53,174 nt of DNA from assembly GCA_963575745.1 (NCBI GenBank), contig CAUYUJ010000335.1:62001-115174 (forward strand). Reading direction: 5' to 3'. The position numbers and the translations under genes were made by a program. The DNA comes from Prorocentrum cordatum (Eukaryota). Each line of letters starts with the position of its first letter. Within the stretch, counting starts at the first letter, position 1. Below the pieces are notes generated by a model. It saw only the letters and a program-made list of their open reading frames with translations. It made no database searches and had not been told where the DNA came from. Shown in pieces: positions 1 through 13,003 of this stretch.

Positions 1-304
1 AATGCTAGTCGTCACCGTAGAAATGGTCGTAGCAGTAGTGATCAGCAGTAGTAATGGTCATACTAGTAGTAGTAATAACCATACTAAATATGTGAAGAAA
101 GAATAACAGCAACAGTGGTGAAGTCATAATAAGACTTGCAGCTGTAGTAGTGGCAGTCGTAGTCGTAGTACGAATAACACTGGTACTGGTAGTAGTGGCC
201 GTAGTAGTAAAACTGGTGGTAGCAGCAGCAGTAGTGGTAGTGATAGTAATAGTACTACTCGTAGAAGTAGCAGTAAAGGTAAGTGTGGTGGTAGTAGTAG
301 TAGC

Positions 305-348
<44 letters not shown>

Positions 349-422
349 AGATAATAGTAGCAGTAGCAGCAGTAATCGTAGTCGTAGCCGTAGCAGTAGT
401 AGTAGTAGTAGTAGTAGTAGTC

Positions 423-453
<31 letters not shown>

Positions 454-497
454 TAGTACTACTAGTAGTACTGGTAGTAGTAGTAGTAGTAGTAGTA

Positions 498-533
<36 letters not shown>

Positions 534-1150
534 CGAGTACTAGCGGTAGCAGTAATAGAGGTCGAAGCCATCGTGGTAGTATAATAAATACGAGTGGTAG
601 TAGTAATACGAGTAGCAACAGTAGTAGCAGTAGTAGTAGCAGTAGTAGTAGCAGTAGTCGTAGTAGTTATAGTAGTAGTAGTAGTAGTAGTAGTACATCG
701 TAGTAGTAGTAGTAGTAGTAGTAGTCGTAGTAGTAATAGTAGTAGTAGTAGTAGTAGTCGTAGTGGTAGTAGTAATGAAGGTAGTAGTCGCAGTAGTAGT
801 AGTAGTAGTAGTAGTAGTAATGTAGTAGTAGTAGTAGTAGAGTAGTAGTAGTTAGTAGTAGTAGTAGTAGTTACAACTGTCGTAGCCGTATAGTAGTAGT
901 AGTAGTAGTAGTAGTGGAAGTAGCAGTAGTCAGTAGTAGTAGTAGCAGCAGTAGTAGTAGTAGTAGTAGTAGTCCGTAGTAATAGTAGTAGTAGTAGAAA
1001 TAATCGTAGTAGTAGTAGCCGTAGTAGAGTAGTAGTAGTAGTGGTAGCAATAGTAGTAGCAATAGTAGTAGTAGTAGTAAGTAGTAGTAGTAAGTAGTAG
1101 TATAGTAGTAGTAGTAGTAGTAGTGGTAGTAGTAGTAGTAGTAGTAGTGA

Positions 1151-1182
<32 letters not shown>

Positions 1183-1225
1183 AAAGTAGTAGTAGTAGTA
1201 GTTGTTGTTGTTGTAGTAGTAGTGA

Positions 1226-1293
<68 letters not shown>

Positions 1294-1325
1294 CTTGTCG
1301 CAGTAGCAGTCGTAGTGGTAGTATC
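1..1325. repeat. Degenerate (GTA)n/(TAC)n microsatellite
   Basis: Long GTAGTA runs with scattered substitutions; these produce spurious poly-V/T/L ORFs. Confidence 0.97.
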
Positions 1326-1433
1326 ACTCGTTTTAGCAGTGGCCGCACTCATACGAACAAACATCGTCGACACTGGCTTGACACCCATAAACGGAACATT
1401 TCAGAACCATTCCCTCCCATGGGTTTCGGGTCC

Positions 1434-1504
1434 TCAATCGGCTGTCCAGCGGCCGTTCGGGACGATCCGGGCGGCCCCGCACGCCTCCCGGTGAGGCGCA
1501 GCTC
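1434..1504 (-). CDS. Host gene, putative terminal coding exon ((G)AAPHREACGAARIVPNGRWTAD*)
   Basis: CAG|G acceptor at 1507-1505. Phase 1 matches the preceding exon (4610-4502). TGA at 1436-1434, followed by a short, more AT-rich UTR-like stretch before the (TAC)n tract. Confidence 0.65.
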
Positions 1505-1641
1505 CTGGGAATCATCCCGAAGCGGGGGAACCCTGCAGAAAACGGCGAAACCCTGGAAACCAGCGGAACCTTGCCCTCAGCTTGACGTTGCATCCTCACG
1601 TTGTCTTCGTGATGATTGGGCGATTGAGAATGGGAGAAGGT

Positions 1642-1810
1642 CGTCATCGTTCTCTTCGTCCGAATCTTCCTCGTCATCGTTGTCCTCCTCTTCCTCCTCC
1701 TCTTCATCCTCCTCCTCCTCCTCTTCCTCCTCCTCCTCGTTTTCCTCCTCCTCCTCTTCCTCCTCCTCCTCCTCCTCCTCCTCCTCCTCCTCCTCGTCCC
1801 CATCCTCCTC
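1642..1810. repeat. (TCC)n microsatellite
   Basis: Direct reading of the sequence. Confidence 0.95.
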
Positions 1811-2177
1811 GTTTTCTTTTTCCTTGCCCTTTGCATTTGAAATCAGTGCCCGCGCGCGCCACAATGAGTATGAACACCGCAACGTTCACATAATTACTAC
1901 ACAAGGCCCGCGTGCGCATTCAGTGCCCGCATACACCCCCCAGCGCCTGCAACTGCGAGCGCCGCGCTCCGACCGCCGCGCCAATGCCTGTCAGCAACAG
2001 AACAACACTGCGTCCCTGGAACCACCACGCGGCACGCATTCAAGCGCAACTTGACTTCGCGAGTGCCACAGCGTCCCTATGAGCACAACGATCCGGACGA
2101 CCGCCGCGATGCGACTACAGGGGGGGCGGGGCCGATCACGCGCGTGATCGCCGGAGGATTTTCCACACGGGCTGTAA

Positions 2178-2420
2178 CCATCATGTCCGCCATCATCACC
2201 ATCACCATCATTCCCAACGGCATCCTATCCAGCATTTCCATCATCATTGTCATCCTCATCACCATCGCCATCACCATCATCGACATCATCATCATCATCA
2301 TCATCATCATCAGCATCACCATCATCATCAGCATAATCATCATCAGCAGCATCATCTTCATCATAAACGTCGTCAACCTCATCATCATCACCACCATCAT
2401 CATCACCATCATCCTCACAT
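2178..2420. repeat. (CAT)n microsatellite
   Basis: Direct reading of the sequence. Confidence 0.95.
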
Positions 2421-2797
2421 TCGTCCGCCAGCCTCTGTGTGGGGGTTTCTGGCTGCGCGGTTTACGTTTGCCGCGCCCTGCAACAGTGCCAGCTTCCAAC
2501 TATCCAAAAAAATGGTTCGACTCCCTGCTGCCGACCGTAAATTTTGAAAAACCGCGCGAGGGGGGCCCAAACCGCCCTACATTCATCATTCCTGGTTGTT
2601 TCACACGTCCCGGGGGGATCGTGGGACACGTGGGGGAAAAAGGGAAAAACAGGTCGCGCCTCGGGACAATCAACCTCGCACGTTACACAGTATTCGCCTG
2701 TATCTAAAGTATACGGTGTCCGCGTTCCCGGAGCAATAACCGTTCGTAAATTACGTTGCGGTTGCGCTCCCCGAGGCCATACACCCTCGCAAAATAC

Positions 2798-2897
2798 NNN
2801 NNNNNNNNNNNNNNNNNNNNNNNNNNNNNNNNNNNNNNNNNNNNNNNNNNNNNNNNNNNNNNNNNNNNNNNNNNNNNNNNNNNNNNNNNNNNNNNNN
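2798..2897. other. Assembly gap (100 N)
   Basis: Run of 100 N; the true size is unknown and the gap could hide an exon. Confidence 1.
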
Positions 2898-3350
2898 CCG
2901 CGCGGATTTCTCGGATCGGCTCTGGACCCCCCCCAGAAGTCCGCGCGGACCTCCGAACGTTTTTATGGCTGTTCTGATTAGGGGAACAAAAAGTGGCACG
3001 GATCGGCTCTGGATCCGCCTCCCCCTGGCGCGCGGAGCGCGCCAGGGGTGGCGCCGGAGGCGGTCCAGCGCCGCTCCGAGAAATCCGCGCGGACCTCCGA
3101 GTCTACATGTTCATGTCATTCTTAGTTCCCCCAGAGAAGGAGAAGGCCTTCTCAGAAGGCTGGGGAGTCCCCTGGCCTTCGGCGAAGTTTTCTCAACTTT
3201 CTCCGAAGACGCAGAAAAACTTCTCAGAAGGCGCGATGGCCTTCTCCGAAGATGCAGACCAACCTCTCAGAAGGCGCGATGGCTTCTGAGAAGTCCCGCC
3301 GCCTTCTGGGAAGGCCTTCTCCTTCGCATTTCCCCCCTTCGCTTGCCGCC
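2898..3350. repeat. Dispersed repeat family carrying GAAATCCGCGCGGACCTC and AGAAGGCCTTCTCAGAAG motifs
   Basis: The motif recurs near 2898, 2937, 3080, 5463, 9531, 26203-26295 and 36832. The segment 3080-3350 resembles the reverse complement of 36295-36480 and 36820-36860. Confidence 0.7.
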
Positions 3351-4501
3351 GATGTTGGGCTCCCGACGTTCCAGGACGGCCCAAGAGGCCCCCAAGATCA
3401 CCCCAAGACGGCCCAAGAGGCTTCCAAAAGGGACCCCAGGAAAGCCTCCAAGAGAGGGCCCAGAGACGGCCCAAGAGGCCGCACAAACCGCCCCTAAGAA
3501 GGGGAGCTCGAACTAGCAGTTCGAGCACTCCGCGTCAAATCTGGGACTTCTATGGATCTCCTGTGGGGCTACGAAACACGTGTGCGGTCTGCCATAATGG
3601 GTGTGATCAGGTGCTCGAACCTTGGAATTTGGGCTTTCAGAGGAGCTCCCCTGGGGCCACGAAACGTATGAAATAGGGGGCAAACAAACCTACCTCGCTT
3701 TTGACCACCCTCGCTTGCAAGAGATACCAAGCGATGCCACACTACGGCCTGTGCTGGTCAGGCCGCTTGACGAGGAGGCGCGTGGTATGACTTGGTTTTG
3801 CCTGGAAGCGAAAGCGGGGTAGGTAATTCACGCTCTGATGCAAGGTGTACCACACTGGGCGTAGTCAAGCATACGAACCCTGCCATGTGTCTTCTGTGGA
3901 ATACCTGGAGTACGACACGTGTGATGGGTGTGCCGGAGTGGGCGTGGTTAGGCATACGATGTCGTAATTATGGGGCCACAGAACTTATGGGGGGTGTGCT
4001 GGAATGAGCGTGGCCAGGCACACGAGCCCTGCCATTTAGGCCGTCGGTGGAGCTCCCTATGAACGTACGAAGGGCGAGCCAAGATGGCCGTGGTCACGCA
4101 AAACCAGCCAAGCCATTTGGGCCCTCGGTGGAGCTCCCTATGGGGCCACGAAACGTGTGAGTGGTAACCGACCACGGGCGATAATGAACCCCCTGGGATA
4201 ATAAAGTTCGGGGTTCTGGCGGGGATACTAAAAGATGTTCCCGGGGAAGGTAAGTTATGATGATGAAGATGAAGATGACGACGATTGATGATGGTGATGC
4301 TGGGCGATCCGCACAAGGCTGACACGAGAGGAGGGGACGGGAGGAGGGAGCAGGGGAAGGAGGGGGAGTCAAGGCAGGGCGCTGCGGACTCTGAACGAGG
4401 ACCTCACACCACAGGCTGCAACCACTCCAGGGTGTCAGGACACCGGATACCTTCTACCCGCTCCTCTCCCCGCCCGCCGAAGCGGCCGAGAGCGCCACGG
4501 C

Positions 4502-4610
4502 CTGTGGCGTGAAGGCCACAGAACGCCTCCATCAGCGGCACGTCCGTGGCGTTCACCGCGCTGCAGAGGCTGCCGCACTCCGCCACGCCCCGGAATGCCG
4601 TCAGCGCGAC
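4502..4610 (-). CDS. Host gene internal exon (VALTAFRGVAECGSLCSAVNATDVPLMEAFCGLHAT-G)
   Basis: CAG|G acceptor and AG|GC donor; 109 nt; GC3-rich codons; phases 0 and 1 fit both neighbouring exons. Confidence 0.72.
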
Positions 4611-4687
4611 CTGGGAGCGGCGGCCGGACCCCTCCCCTCCCTTCGGCAGATAAAAGCGGCTCCCGCACCGAGCCCTGGACCCTGGGG

Positions 4688-5060
4688 CTCCTCCTCCTCC
4701 TCCTCCTCCTCCTGATCCTCCTCCTCCTGATCCTCCTCCTGATCCTCCTCCTCCTCCTCCTCCTCCTCCTCCTCCTCCTCTCCTCCTCCTCCTCTCCTTC
4801 CCTCCTCCTCCTCCTCCTCCTCTCCTCCTCCTCCTCCTCCTCCTCCTCCTTCCTCCCCCTCCTTCCTCCCTCCCTCCTCCTCCTCCTTCCCTCCTCTCCT
4901 CCTTCCTCCTCCTCCTCCTCCTGCCTCCTCATCCATCCTCCTCCTCCTCCTCCTCCTCATCCTCCTTCCTCTCCCTTTCATCCTCCCTCCTCCTCCTCCT
5001 CCTCCTCCTCCTCCTCCTCCTCCTCCTCCCTCCCTTACCTCCTCCTCCTCCTCCTCCTCT
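4688..5060. repeat. (CCT)n polypyrimidine microsatellite
   Basis: Direct reading of the sequence. Confidence 0.95.
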
Positions 5061-5806
5061 CTTCGGCAGAAAAGAGGCCCCTGAACCAAGCCCTGGCCCC
5101 TGGGGCCTCCCCCCAGGACCGCCTCTTCGTCCCGCGTCGTTCTCCTGAGCGTCCCGGGGCCGCGGAGGACTCCCGGAGGCCCACAGACTGCGAACAAACT
5201 CAAGGCAGAGGCCAGAGGACTCCTGCCCAGAGGACTCCTGAGGCCCAGAGGACAAACTGGCCAACTGATCAAGGCCAGAAGACTCCTGAGAGTCCCAGGG
5301 CCGTGGAGAGCTCCTGGAGGCCCACAAACTGCGAACAAGCTCAAAGCAGTTCCCTCGGGACCCGCTTCCTTCGTGGCGACCCCCGGCGCGCTCCGCGTGC
5401 CAGGGGAGGCGCCGGAGGCGCCGAGGAGCCACCGGCAAAGCCCGGCCCGGACCCTAACCCAAGAAATCCGCGCGGACCTTCGAAAGTTGCTGCCTGTGCA
5501 CTTGCTGTTTCGCAAGCATGCACCACGTGTCTGGATACGGTCACGTCTCGTACGGGTATGGGGAAACCAAAAAATACTAATACCGCTACTCCCCAGACCT
5601 CTCCCGGGGTGCCTTCTGACCAGGATTTCGAGGCGAATCCAGCGGTGGCGACGAGGGCCTCCCAGGAGGCCCAAAAGGGGGAAAACAAGGGAAGAGTAGG
5701 AGTATGGGTACCTTATCCTCCTGTGAAGATAGGTCTGGTCTCCTTCGAAAGCCGGCGAGTCCTCAGGATGTTATCTTGTGCGGCTTCAGCTCTGGGGGCC
5801 TTGGTA

Positions 5807-5963
5807 TCAGGTCGGGCATGTCCTCCTACAGTCGGATTTTGGGCGAACATTGAAACAAGGCCAAAAAAGATTCAAACGCAGTCAGAACTAATCAAAAATC
5901 GTCCCAGACTATTTCTGGACTATTCTCGAATATTCCTCCTGTAAAGGGACATGCCCGACTTAA
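5807..5963. mobile_element. hAT-like MITE, copy 1
   Basis: TIRs TCAGGTCGGGCATGTCC / GGACATGCCCGACTTAA; degenerate 8-bp TSD ccttggta/gcttggtg. Confidence 0.75.
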
Positions 5964-6008
5964 GCTTGGTGTCATTCGAGAGCCTGCGAGTCAACAGGAT
6001 GCTATCTT

Positions 6009-6241
6009 TTGAGCAGGGACCGACCGTCCCGGCATTCCTATAGTCCTACCACGAAATGTTCTTAGAACCCAAAAAAGTTCTAAGAACAGAAACAATGTTC
6101 TTAGAACATATTCCCGATGTGTTAAAACAAGACAGTCCCAGCCAGAAATGTTCTAAGAACACTTCCTGGAAACCACAACAGGTTCTTAGAACATTGTCTG
6201 GTAGGGCTGTAGGCGAGCCGGGACTCTTCGCCACTGCTTGA
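6009..6241 (+). repeat. About 230-bp dispersed repeat rich in GTTCTTAGAAC; other copies near 12085-12270 and 17797-18039
   Basis: Three clearly homologous copies in the same orientation. Confidence 0.85.
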
Positions 6242-8632
6242 ATCTTGTGCGGCTGCAGCTCCGGGCGCCCTGGCAGGGCGGCGAGACCTGGACATGGCCA
6301 TAAGGAAAGCCTGAGGCAAGCTGTGAAACACTTAAGGAACGCGGAGCCCCTCCCCAACGAAAAGGGTTCCTTCTTCAGGGCCCCGACTGGAGACGGATGT
6401 TGGCAGAGACCAATGAGACATGGCCAACCAAAGATTCAGAAACACATCCAAAAACAATAGCCGAAACATCGTCCCCAGACTATATCGTTGCCTGTTTTTG
6501 AACATTCCTCCTGCAGCGGTGAGAGGGGCAACGATCGGGGGGGACTGGCATAGGGGGGGGACGTATCGACCTGGAATCGGCGACACATCGCCGACAGATC
6601 GGCGATAGGCACCCGACCGCGATCCCGCACCCTCCTGGGCAGGCTGGGGCTCTCGGGCCCCCGTCGGCAATCAATGGACGATTGGGGGTCGATGCGTCCC
6701 CCCCCATACGCCTATCCCTGTGCCCCGGCAGTTTCCTGGTCATAGCTCGGGGGTCGATGCGTCCCCCCCATACCCCATAGGATTGTAATACATGATTCAT
6801 GTATGAAATAAAGGTATGCTTGAACTCATCCTTGTTTTTAGTACTACCCCCCTGCATGTTTGATACATGATCCGCACGCGGAGCATGTATTCAAAACGGC
6901 ACTGTATGCCCATCCTTGTGCGCGGCGGCCGTGCGGGTCGATCCCTGGCACCCCCCAGAAGACGCCCTCGGCGAGGCGCGGCCGCTGGAGCGCACCCCGA
7001 GGAAGGGGAAGCCTCTCCGGGAGCCCACGAGGACTTGTGAACACCTCGACCCTCGACCCTCGACCCTTGTCCTCACCCCCGAGGAGGGGAGACCTCCGGG
7101 AGCCCACGAGCACTTGGGAGAACCTGCCCCCTCGACCCTCGACCCTCGACCCTCGCCCCTCGACCCTCGAGCCTCGGCCCTCGACCCTGTCCTCACCCCC
7201 GAGCCCGTCCCCCCCCCGCTCGTTGCCCCCCGTCGCGCGGCCCTCGCGGGGGGCCTCCCGCGGCAGGCGGCCGCGATCGCGCGCTCTTGCGGAAGGCCGG
7301 AGGCTCGGAGAGTTCTGGAAAGGCGACGCCAACACCGACAGCTGACGGACGAACAACACACACCCATACCCATAGGGGGGTCGTTGGGAGGAGGACTGTC
7401 CATGGGTATGGGTGCGGGTTGTCGGACCCTGGGGAACGCTCCCTTTCGAGCGGGGACCCCCATCCGACAACACGCACCCATAGCCCTCTCCGATCCCCCT
7501 ATGGGTATGGGTGTGTGTGTGTTGTTGGTTCGTCAGACAGGGCGAGGAGATGCAAGGAGCAACGGGGGGGTCTCCCCGGTGGTGTGGTCCCCCCCACCCC
7601 GCTCGAGACATCCCCAGCCTCCAGCTCGGGGAGGCATCGTGGACCTCCTCGCTGGAGGTGGGCCCCCTGGTGGTGTTGGTGTCGCATCTCCCCCCTCCGA
7701 TCTAGAGAACAAAACTTCTGCAGAGAATCCTGGAGGCCTCGCGTGGCAACTTGAGGCCCGATTTACGTCGGAACCACGTCGGATTTGCGCCGGGTTCACG
7801 TCGGACCACGTCGGATGTGCATCGGATTTGCGTCGGACTGACTCTGGAGCATCGCGGCGCGAGCGTCGACCCATAGTTTACAGAATCGACAAGTGGCCTA
7901 GATCATACTACTACTGCGCGCCGCGCGAGGCCTCCAAGTTTTTCCTCATAACAAAACATCCACCCTCATGATAAACACTCCGGCAAGCAAAGCCGGAAGG
8001 AATCGGACAGGGGAGGGCTGTTTGGTAGACGCCCAGTGCCGTTTAGTAAACGCCCATTGTTGAGGTCCAGGTGGTTTTTCCTCCCTTGAGAATTGGTACC
8101 AGCATCAACTCGGGGGGGGCCTCCGCTGGGGGAAGATGATCTTAGATGTTGGTGCTGGTGGTAATGGTTCGGCCACCTGGGAAGCCCGGACATCAATTAC
8201 CACCATCACCGAGGTCGGGATGATCTTCCCTCGGTGGGGGCAACCGCCGACATTGGTGCTGGTGTCAACCTTCGGGGATGGACATACCTCCCTTTAGTAA
8301 AACGTGGTTTAGTGAAAACGGCCTCGGGCCCAAACCTGGCGGGCGCAAGCCTAGAAAATGACGGCCGCGGCGCCCTCTCGAGAACCGAAAACGGACAATT
8401 CACTAATCGACGTGTCAGGGTAGGAGGTCTGTCAACCCCCGAAACCTTGAGGCCTTCGAGAACACCCACCAGAGTGACGAAACCAAGCGGGCCTTGCGCA
8501 AGATGACGCAGCGGCCTTACGCGGTGGCTTGCGCGGGCCGCCAGCGTGGCACGCTGCACTGGGAACGAGGGCGCGCGCGCGCGCAACATGACGCGGGCAA
8601 CTGGCAACATACGCGTGAATGTGCCCGCAGTC

Positions 8633-8876
8633 GAACCCGTTATTAACACTCCTGCCTGTGTCATCTCGCTCCGGATCTGTTCGTCGTCTCCTCGTGTCGT
8701 TCGTCGCTCCTGGCCAGCCCCTGCACCAGGACCCCGCCTCCCCAGCCCTGATCTCCAACTGCCCTGGCCTCCCTGGTTGCTTAAGGGCAGGGAGGCCAGG
8801 GGCGACGAACGACACGGGAAGACGACGAACTAATCCAGAGCGAGATCACACCGGTAGGACTGCTAGTAACGGGTTC
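8633..8876. mobile_element. Foldback/MITE-like element with about 85-bp imperfect inverted arms
   Basis: 8633-8718 aligns to the reverse complement of 8790-8876 at roughly 80% identity; no TSD seen. Confidence 0.65.
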
Positions 8877-9401
8877 TGGGGCCAGGGCAAAGAATTCTTG
8901 CCCTGGCCCCAGAAACCCGCCCCCCCCCCGCCCTGGCCTCCTCCTGCCCTGGCATATCTAGCCTCTTTAGATTTCCTGCCTGGGCCTACCCTGTCCCACC
9001 AGGCGTAGCTTCCATAGCCGCCCCCTCCAAGGTCTGCTTTTCGTGTCGTTCGTCGTCCCTGGACCCCCTGCCCTTGCTTCTCTCCATGCCCTGGCCTCAA
9101 GGCCCCGTCCCACCAGCCCTGGCCTCCCTGGCCGCCCCCTCCCGCTTTTATTTTCGCGCCGTTCAACGCCCCTGGCCCCCCTGCCCTGGCCTCCCTGGTG
9201 GCATCCCTGCCCTGTCCCGGGAACCCGCCTCCCCAGCCCTGACCTCCTCCTGCCCTGCTTTCCTCGATTCAGCGGCCATGCCGAGTCGACGAGTTCGCAG
9301 AGGGCTGCACTTCGTCGCTGCCTCGTCATGGCCGCTCCCCGGCGTGTGCGGCACTCGCGCACCCCTCCGATTCTAGCAGAGCCTGGCTCCATCACCTTCC
9401 C

Positions 9402-9610
9402 CCATTGCTCCGCATCCGTACTTGTATGATCCTTGGCACTAGAATAAGAAACTGCATAAACAGAAACTTTTGGCGCACCGCACGGATTTCTTGGATCTGC
9501 GCTGGAGCCCCCCTGGCGGCGCGGATCCAAGAAATCCGCGCGGAGCGCCAAACGTTTCATCACCAACCCCCGATTGCTCCGCATCCGTACTTTTATGATC
9601 CTTGGCACGC
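9402..9610. repeat. About 40-bp-arm palindrome (9463-9558) between about 36-bp direct repeats
   Basis: TTTGGCGCACCGCACGGATTTCTTGGATCTGCGC pairs with GCGCGGATCCAAGAAATCCGCGCGGAGCGCCAAA. ATTGCTCCGCATCCGTACTTKTATGATCCTTGGCAC occurs near 9404 and 9573. Confidence 0.85.
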
Positions 9611-10470
9611 GTGCCTCTTGTTTCGGGGGCGGCCAAGAGGGGGGGGCGCAAATCATGGCCAGCGGCACGTGCGCGGCCCAGGGGGGGGGCGGGGTCGTAG
9701 TGAAATGTAAGAAGGGGCGCCATGAAATCTGGGGAGATCTCATGGCCCACGCCCTGATGCCCACCCGCCCCTGAGTCATCACCCCCTCTTGGCCGCCCCC
9801 GACAACTGCTCCTCACGCGCGCCGCCGGGCACTCCCGAGTGCCATCGCCCGCTCCTCGCCCGCTCGCCGCGCTCTCGAGTGCCACCGCTCGCTCCTCGCC
9901 CGCTCGCGCCGCAGCGCGGGCAGCAGCTTTCGGAGGTCCGTCCGCGGGGATCTCTTGCTGACCAGCCTCGCCCTTCTGCCTATCCCCAAGACGGGCGAGC
10001 AAAAAGCGAGGACTATCTTAGGGGTGTGCCCTCAGAACCTGAGGGAATCCTCGAGATCGGCATCGAGGTGGGGTGATGCCAGACATTGGGATAGGGATAG
10101 GTTTCAGACTGGTAACTGGCGTCGGCGCTGGTCCACCCACTGGCGCGCGGAGCTCCGGCAAATTCTGTGTATATACCGAGGTTTCTTCGACACGAGAGAC
10201 TGATCCCCCCGAGGACAATCGGTGCTCGTGCCGCGTCCTGCTCGCGGAGCGCCGTGCTCTCGGTTGCACGTGCTGACGGCTCCACGAGAACTCCAAACCG
10301 CGGTCACTGCTTGCTGGCGTGCCGTGCTCTCACGTGCGCCGTGAGGAGGAGGAGGAGGAGGAGGAGGAGGAGGAGCAGGGAGAGGAGGAGGAGGAGGAGG
10401 AGGAGGAGGAGGAGGAGGAGGAGGAGGAGGAGGAGGAGATGGAGGAGCACGTCGGACCGCGGCGCTCGGC

Positions 10471-10517
10471 CTCGAGCGCCCACGCTGGGGCCGCCGCCGC
10501 GCCGACAAGGCGCGAAC
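10471..10517 (-). CDS. Host gene internal exon ((G)SRLVGAAAAPAWALE)
   Basis: CAG|G acceptor and AG|GC donor; 47 nt; phases 1 and 0 link exons 11106-11021 and 4610-4502 in frame. Confidence 0.62.
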
Positions 10518-10839
10518 CTGCCTCACGCCACTCGCTGCGCGAGCATCGGGCCGCAGTGGATCGCCGCGAGATCGAAATCGCATCGGGATCGATGCCGAGC
10601 GAGCTCGGCACCGAAAGTTGGACCGACCCGATCAAAATGGGCCCGTGAGGGCGACGCCTGGCTCGCTTTCCAAAGGCCTCCCAGATGGGGTCCGAGTAGA
10701 TGGGGTTGGAGGATCGCGCTGCATCGCCAATGCATCGGCGATGCATCGGCGACGTCGGCGTGAAGAAATACCGGCTCCACATCGAGCCGCATCAGCGATG
10801 TATCGACGATGCGGCGCGATCCTCCGACCCCATCTACTC

Positions 10840-10994
10840 TTAGGACGGGCATATCCCCTACAGGCGGATGTTGGACAGAAAATCCAAAAGACCTCAAAAA
10901 TATTCACCATGCTCAGAAATGGTCAAAAACGTCCCCAGATTATTTTGAACATATTTTTAAGTTTTCCTCCTGTAGAGGGACAGGCCCGACCTAA
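10840..10994. mobile_element. hAT-like MITE, copy 2
   Basis: TIRs TTAGGACGGGC... / ...GCCCGACCTAA; perfect 8-bp TSD ATCTACTC (10832-10839 and 10995-11002). Confidence 0.88.
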
Positions 10995-11020
10995 ATCTAC
11001 TCCGACCCCATCTAGGAGGC

Positions 11021-11106
11021 CTAGATCTTCGCCCCCCAGGAGGACCCTGCAGTTCCACGCCCTGCACGCGCTGCTCACGGTGCCGCTCGCGAGGCTGCTG
11101 TTGATC
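11021..11106 (-). CDS. Host gene internal exon ((R)INSSLASGTVSSACRAWNCRVLLGGEDL-G)
   Basis: CAG|G acceptor and AG|GC donor; 86 nt; phases 2 and 1 fit both neighbours. Confidence 0.68.
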
Positions 11107-11167
11107 CTGCCAGGGCGGACGCGGGGGGGGAGGGGGCACCGGAGACTCGAAACCATCGAGTCTGAAG

Positions 11168-11325
11168 TTTGGTCGGGCATGCCGCTTACACGCGGATTTT
11201 GGACGAGCCATGAAACTCAGTCAAAACATTTTCGAACGTACCCGAAGTAGCCGAAAAATCGTCCCCAGATTCTGTTCTGGCTGTTGTTGAAAAGTTCCCC
11301 CTGTGGAGGGACACGCCCGACTGAA
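11168..11325. mobile_element. hAT-like MITE, copy 3
   Basis: Same TIR family; TSD gtctgaag/gtctggag (7/8). Confidence 0.8.
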
Positions 11326-11609
11326 GTCTGGAGGCCAGCTTCGGGTGTGACCGTCAAACGACTGCCGAGAGAGAAAGAGAGAGAGAGAGAGAGAGCAAGG
11401 CAGCGGGGCGTGAAAACGACCACAGCAACTGCTTTTCTTTTGTTGCCGCCTTCCAGCCCGCAGAAACAAAACAGCGGCTGTGGTCATTCTCGTCGAGCTC
11501 GGCACCAGGGAAACGACCATGCCACGACCACCGCTTCTTTTTCGGCCGGCTGGAAGGCGGCGCAAACAAGAAGCAGTGGCTGTGGTCATTTTCCCGTCCC
11601 GCACAAATT

Positions 11610-11757
11610 CAAGGGGCCCTGGGACACACAAAGAAATACACACAAATGACAGGATTCCCTTATATTTTCCTATATTTTCTGAGTTTTTGTCTTCCCCCCC
11701 ACTTCCCACATTTTTCCATATTTTCCTGGGGAACGACGATTAATTGTGTCTGTGTGG
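11610..11757 (+). repeat. About 150-bp dispersed repeat; second copy near 25777-25922
   Basis: AAGGGGCCCTGG..ACACACAAA...TTGTCTTCCCCCCCACTTCCCA...GATTAATTGTGTCTGTGTG is present at both sites. Confidence 0.85.
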
Positions 11758-12449
11758 TTCTTTCCCGTCCGCCGAGAGAGAGAGAGAGAGAGAGAGAGGG
11801 CAGGGCAGCGAGGCCGCATCGAGGAGCGCGCCCAGCGGCGGGGCCGAGAGAGGCTGCGCGCAGCACACCTCGGGCCCCTTCCCCACTGCCCCATTCCGTG
11901 CGCAGGGAGTCAGGGGCCGACCTTCCAGGCAATCTCTATAGGCCTACGTGACCTCCTGGGGCTTCCTCCTGGGCCTCCTGCGGCCTCCTGAACTCCACCT
12001 GGGGCTTCCTGAAACCTCTTGGGGCTCCCAGGGGGGATATCTAACCTGTGGCCGCTTGGGCCCCTCTGAATGGAGAGGGGGGGCGAAGTGTTCTCAGAAC
12101 CCAAAGATGTTCCAAGAACAAAAACAGTTTTCTCAGAACATCGACCCGATGTGTTGAACAAGACAGTCCCAGCCAGAAATGCTCTAAGGAAATCCCGTGG
12201 AAACCACAAGAGGCTCTCAGAACATTGTTTGGTAGGCCCATGGGCGAGCCAGGACGCCTCGCCACTTCCGTGCTTGACCAGACCTCTCGACGCCTTCCCC
12301 GGGACCGGCCCTCCGTCCTGAGCAGCTTCTTGACGGGCAGAGGGAATCCGAAGCTGGCTTCCAGAGGCCGAGAACGCCAAAGACCTGGCCTCGACGTGCC
12401 CGCGCCTCTGGAGGCCCAGGCCCCCCCGCCGTCGCTCCGGCCCGAGGTC

Positions 12450-12508
12450 CTGGCGAGCATGTCGACGGGGCCGGCGCTCGTCTCCACCAGGCTGTTGCAG
12501 CCCAGGTC
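12450..12508 (-). CDS. Host gene internal exon (DLGCNSLVETSAGPVDMLA-R)
   Basis: CAG|G acceptor and AG|GA donor; 59 nt; GC3-rich; phases 0 and 2. Confidence 0.7.
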
Positions 12509-12951
12509 CTGAAGAGGGGGCGGAGGCCCTGGGCAGAGAGCGGGGGGAGTCTAAGAGGGAGGAGGAGGAGGAGGAGGAGGAGGAGGAGGAGGAGGAGGAG
12601 GAGGAGGAGGAGGAGGAGGAGGAGGAGGATGGGGAGGAGGAGGAGGAGAGGAGGGGGACCAGCAAAGAATGGCCCAAGGGCGTCCGCGGCCCAGGGGGGG
12701 GCCAAGAACCGTATTGGCGCGGACGGGTCCGCGGGTAGACGTCCAAGAATGCTTGCACCGAGTGGTGCCCGGATGCAGAAGCTGCCGCGCTTGGTGCACA
12801 GAGTTGCGCGGGGACGCACTTACACACATGTTCCATGTGCTATGGTTGTCGCCCGTGCAATGGTTCGCGCCCCCTCGCAGTAGTTGCGCACTATTGCTTG
12901 CATGCATTTGTACATGTTAGCCAGCGTTGACTCTTAATAGTCTGTCTCTAG

Positions 12952-13003
<52 letters not shown>

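Noticed and set aside
5..1348. Long ORFs over microsatellites (also 4595-5944, 15092-16043, 22592-23761, 32070-35459 and 45816-46836)
   Set aside because: They are homopolymeric or low-complexity translations of simple repeats.
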